A stretch of 64,000 nt of DNA from Candidatus Binatia bacterium (GTDB taxonomy: Bacteria > Desulfobacterota > Binatia > Bin18), in contig OY761159.2 of assembly GCA_963664395.2 (NCBI GenBank), forward strand, positions 4,576,001 to 4,640,000, written 5' to 3'. The notes below the pieces were generated by a model that was not told the origin of the DNA, did not search any database, and saw only the letters and a program-made list of their open reading frames with translations. The translations under genes were made by a program, and so were the position numbers. Position 1 is the stretch's first letter. Each line of letters opens with the position of its first letter. Below, in pieces: positions 61,475-64,000 of this stretch.

Positions 61475-62380
61475 CTAGCGATTTTGAGCGGGACGGATGA
61501 CTGCCAATGCCTGAGGAATCGCCCGCAGCGTGACCGGCAGAGAGCCCAGGCGCTCGCCGTCGGCGTAAACATCGCCCGGGATTTCCGAACGGATATTTAT
61601 TTCTCTCCCGCGCAGACTCTCAATGCCGGTCAGGTAGACGTGGCTGCCGTTAAAAACGCGCGGAAAGGCCCGCAGCAATAGTTCCCACTTGCCCATCCCG
61701 TGCGCCATACAGGCGTCCAGGATACCATCGTCAACTCGGGCGGCGGGCACGAGTTGCATGCCCCGCCCCGAACTTCCCAGGTTGCCGACAGCAATGAGCC
61801 AGCTATAGCAGCGCTGCTCATGACCATCGCAGGTAATAGTGAACGTCTGCGGAGAGGAAAGAAAGACTGAGAGAACTGTCAACAACGAATAGACGGCGTT
61901 GAAGCGCAAGCGGCCCAACAGGTTTGCCCGGCGGTTAATCTCCGCCGCGAGGCCGACCAGGGCAATAGACAAGAAATAGCGCTCATCCGCCTGCCCAACG
62001 TCAATACGGGGGGCGGGCTGGGCAGCGTACGCGCCATATTGAGCGATCAGCTCACACGCCTCGGTCAGGCGCAGCGGGATACCCAAGCCGCGCGCAATGT
62101 CGTTTCCGCGTCCGGCCGGAATGATGCCCAAAGTCGTATGAGTCCCGACCAGGCTATTTGCTACCGCATGTAGTAAGCCGTCGCCGCCCACTCCGACCAC
62201 CAGAGCGCAGCCATCTACGACTGCCTGATGGGCCAATACGCCGGGATCAGTGGGCGAGCTGCTGTACAGCACTTCGTGTTGTAATCCAAGACGCTGAAGC
62301 TCCAGGCTGGCCTGGTGGGCAATCGCAGCTCCCTGTCCTCCACCCGCAGTTGGATTGACAATAAGGCGTGGGGCGGACAT
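61475..62380 (-). CDS. Diacylglycerol/lipid kinase family (YegS/DgkB-like)
   Basis: NPTAG, GGDG, PAGRGND, ADGE. Confidence 0.9.
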   Translation of the reverse strand: MSAPRLIVNPTAGGGQGAAIAHQASLELQRLGLQHEVLYSSSPTDPGVLAHQAVVDGCALVVGVGGDGLLHAVANSLVGTHTTLGIIPAGRGNDIARGLGIPLRLTEACELIAQYGAYAAQPAPRIDVGQADERYFLSIALVGLAAEINRRANLLGRLRFNAVYSLLTVLSVFLSSPQTFTITCDGHEQRCYSWLIAVGNLGSSGRGMQLVPAARVDDGILDACMAHGMGKWELLLRAFPRVFNGSHVYLTGIESLRGREINIRSEIPGDVYADGERLGSLPVTLRAIPQALAVIRPAQNR

Positions 62381-62394
62381 CCGGTTTCTCGCCT

Positions 62395-63705
62395 TTACTC
62401 GCTCGACCGGAGCCCGCCGCGCTCAAGGTGCGCCTGCACAAAATTTCGACTCCCGTCCGCGGCCATACTGGCTGAGGCAGAGAGTTCGAGGCACAGAGCC
62501 GTGGCCGCGATGATTTGTGCAAACCGATATACCTTGCCCTCTCCCAAACAGTCCAGCAGTTGCAGATATGAGCGCGCATGGGGCAGACTCGTCCCCCCAC
62601 CGAGCGTGCCAACTTCCAGCCCGGCAAACCGAATAGAGAGGTGCAGTCCGGCACTGCCAGGACTGGCCGTCACCTGGGCCATACTGCTTGTTCCAACCAT
62701 GCCCAGGTCCTGACCTGTCGCAGCAAAAATAGCCGCTATGGCTGAGGCTGGAGTAAACGCAAAAGATTGCATTCCACTCGCGTGTGCGCCGTGCAGTCCG
62801 GCATGTTCCAAGGCGAGGATGTCAGCCGCCTCAATGCGTAAAACGCGCCGGAGGACGGCATTCGGCAGCGTCGTCTCGGCATGAACAACCTTGCCATGCC
62901 CAGGAAACTGGAAAAATGCATGACTCGGTTTTTTATCGCCCCCCATATTGGCTTCGAGAAATATACGCAGCGGCGTCATACCCGACTCTGCTGAGAAACG
63001 CTCGCTGATATAGGCATGATTCAACGCATAGGCGTTGCGCGTTATCATATTGGGCCCACAGGCATCGCCCGTTGTAAAACGGTATAATACGTGACACATG
63101 GGTCCGACCACATGGGTCTGCACCTCATGCAGCACCGCATGCCGACTGAGCAAAAGGCCTGTATCTGAGGGCAAGGAACGGGCCGGACCTTTGAGCCAGG
63201 CAGCCATGTCAGCGGCATGAGCTGCTACCCACTGAGACAGGGCGAGGGCCTCTTGCGTAGAAGAAAACACAAAGCACGAGTCTCGTGTCATCCGGTCGGC
63301 CAGCACGTGAGTGCGGACTCCACCCGCAAGCGCCACGGCAGTCACTCCGCGTTGAAGTGAGGCTGAGAGTCCGCCTTCGGTATGGGCCAGAGGAACGAAG
63401 ACCTGCTCTTCTTGTCGGCCACGCTCGTGCAGGTGTCCCTGTGGGTCAAGTTCGTATTGTCCCCAGTTCAACGCCAGCGGTCCAACGACACCGACAGGCA
63501 ATGTCATCCGGCCAGTCAAACACTCTTGGAAAGGGGCCAGCGCATCGAGTGGGCCGTCTAACACGTGCTGGTATTCATCCCCCCAGTGCGCCAGTGTCCG
63601 CAGGCGTTCTTGGCGTTCTGCAATCCCTTGGGGAGTATTCCCCCGCGGCCAACGTGGGAAACGAGAAGCGGAGGCGCTTGTATCGGGCTGGCGCGGCCCA
63701 TTCAT
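62395..63705 (-). CDS. HMG-CoA reductase-like protein (class I-like, divergent)
   Basis: PLAHTEGGL, TGDACGPNM, GGDKKP, ATGQD, VGTLGGGT and a C-terminal AH. Confidence 0.85.
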   Translation of the reverse strand: MNGPRQPDTSASASRFPRWPRGNTPQGIAERQERLRTLAHWGDEYQHVLDGPLDALAPFQECLTGRMTLPVGVVGPLALNWGQYELDPQGHLHERGRQEEQVFVPLAHTEGGLSASLQRGVTAVALAGGVRTHVLADRMTRDSCFVFSSTQEALALSQWVAAHAADMAAWLKGPARSLPSDTGLLLSRHAVLHEVQTHVVGPMCHVLYRFTTGDACGPNMITRNAYALNHAYISERFSAESGMTPLRIFLEANMGGDKKPSHAFFQFPGHGKVVHAETTLPNAVLRRVLRIEAADILALEHAGLHGAHASGMQSFAFTPASAIAAIFAATGQDLGMVGTSSMAQVTASPGSAGLHLSIRFAGLEVGTLGGGTSLPHARSYLQLLDCLGEGKVYRFAQIIAATALCLELSASASMAADGSRNFVQAHLERGGLRSSE

Positions 63706-64000
63706 TCTTCTGCCGGCCCTTCTGCCAACTCTTCTGTTTTATGGAGGTGGAGACGCCGGGCCTTGTTCTCAATGTCTCGCTTCACCTTGCCAAACAAAGT
63801 CTGCCCATCAATGCCGATCAGGAGCGCCTCGGATTTAAGCGCCGTATACATCGCCTCCATAAGCCGTAACAATTCGTCCCGCATCTTGAGAAAGACAGGG
63901 CCGAACTGGGGTTCACGTTCCAACGCCGCTCGTAAGTAGAGTTCAGCAAACGCGAGATGGCGGGCCTCATCTTGCACGATACGGCTCGCAATAGAGGCAA
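63702..64000 (-). CDS. Ferritin-like diiron protein, 5'-partial
   Basis: Open to the window edge; ASRIVQDEARHLAFAELYL carries an ExxH motif; 4-bp overlap with the reductase-like gene. Confidence 0.7.
   Translation of the reverse strand, partial: ASIASRIVQDEARHLAFAELYLRAALEREPQFGPVFLKMRDELLRLMEAMYTALKSEALLIGIDGQTLFGKVKRDIENKARRLHLHKTEELAEGPAEE

Overview
GC-rich bacterial chromosomal segment with about 58 genes and no rRNA, canonical tRNA, CRISPR array, transposase or integrase. The right third is mostly housekeeping (lon, pgk, OmpA-family protein, M16 peptidase pair, lipA/lipB/lpdA/E2, rnhB). The left two-thirds are accessory. They carry catabolic genes (N,N-dimethylformamidase-like pair, two tandem IPNS-like 2OG-Fe(II) oxygenases, flavin monooxygenases, Rieske oxygenase, formamidase) and a Septu/PtuAB-like ATPase+HNH pair. 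They also carry SET and LRAT proteins and four large modular secreted proteins (cadherin, FN3, Calx-beta, LRR, GLUG). This content resembles marine host-associated (e.g. sponge-symbiont) bacteria, which is an inference. Best leads: (1) a DUF3800 gene facing a roughly 70-nt structured RNA predicted to have its own promoter and terminator; (2) a surface-protein family with a shared duplicated C-terminal module, a shared upstream regulatory motif, a relic gene end, and one frameshift in each of the four surface-protein genes; (3) a ferritin-like/HMG-CoA-reductase-like/lipid-kinase operon; (4) two toxin-antitoxin-like modules whose first genes are broken by deletion. Family calls come from motif recognition by eye; no database searches were run.
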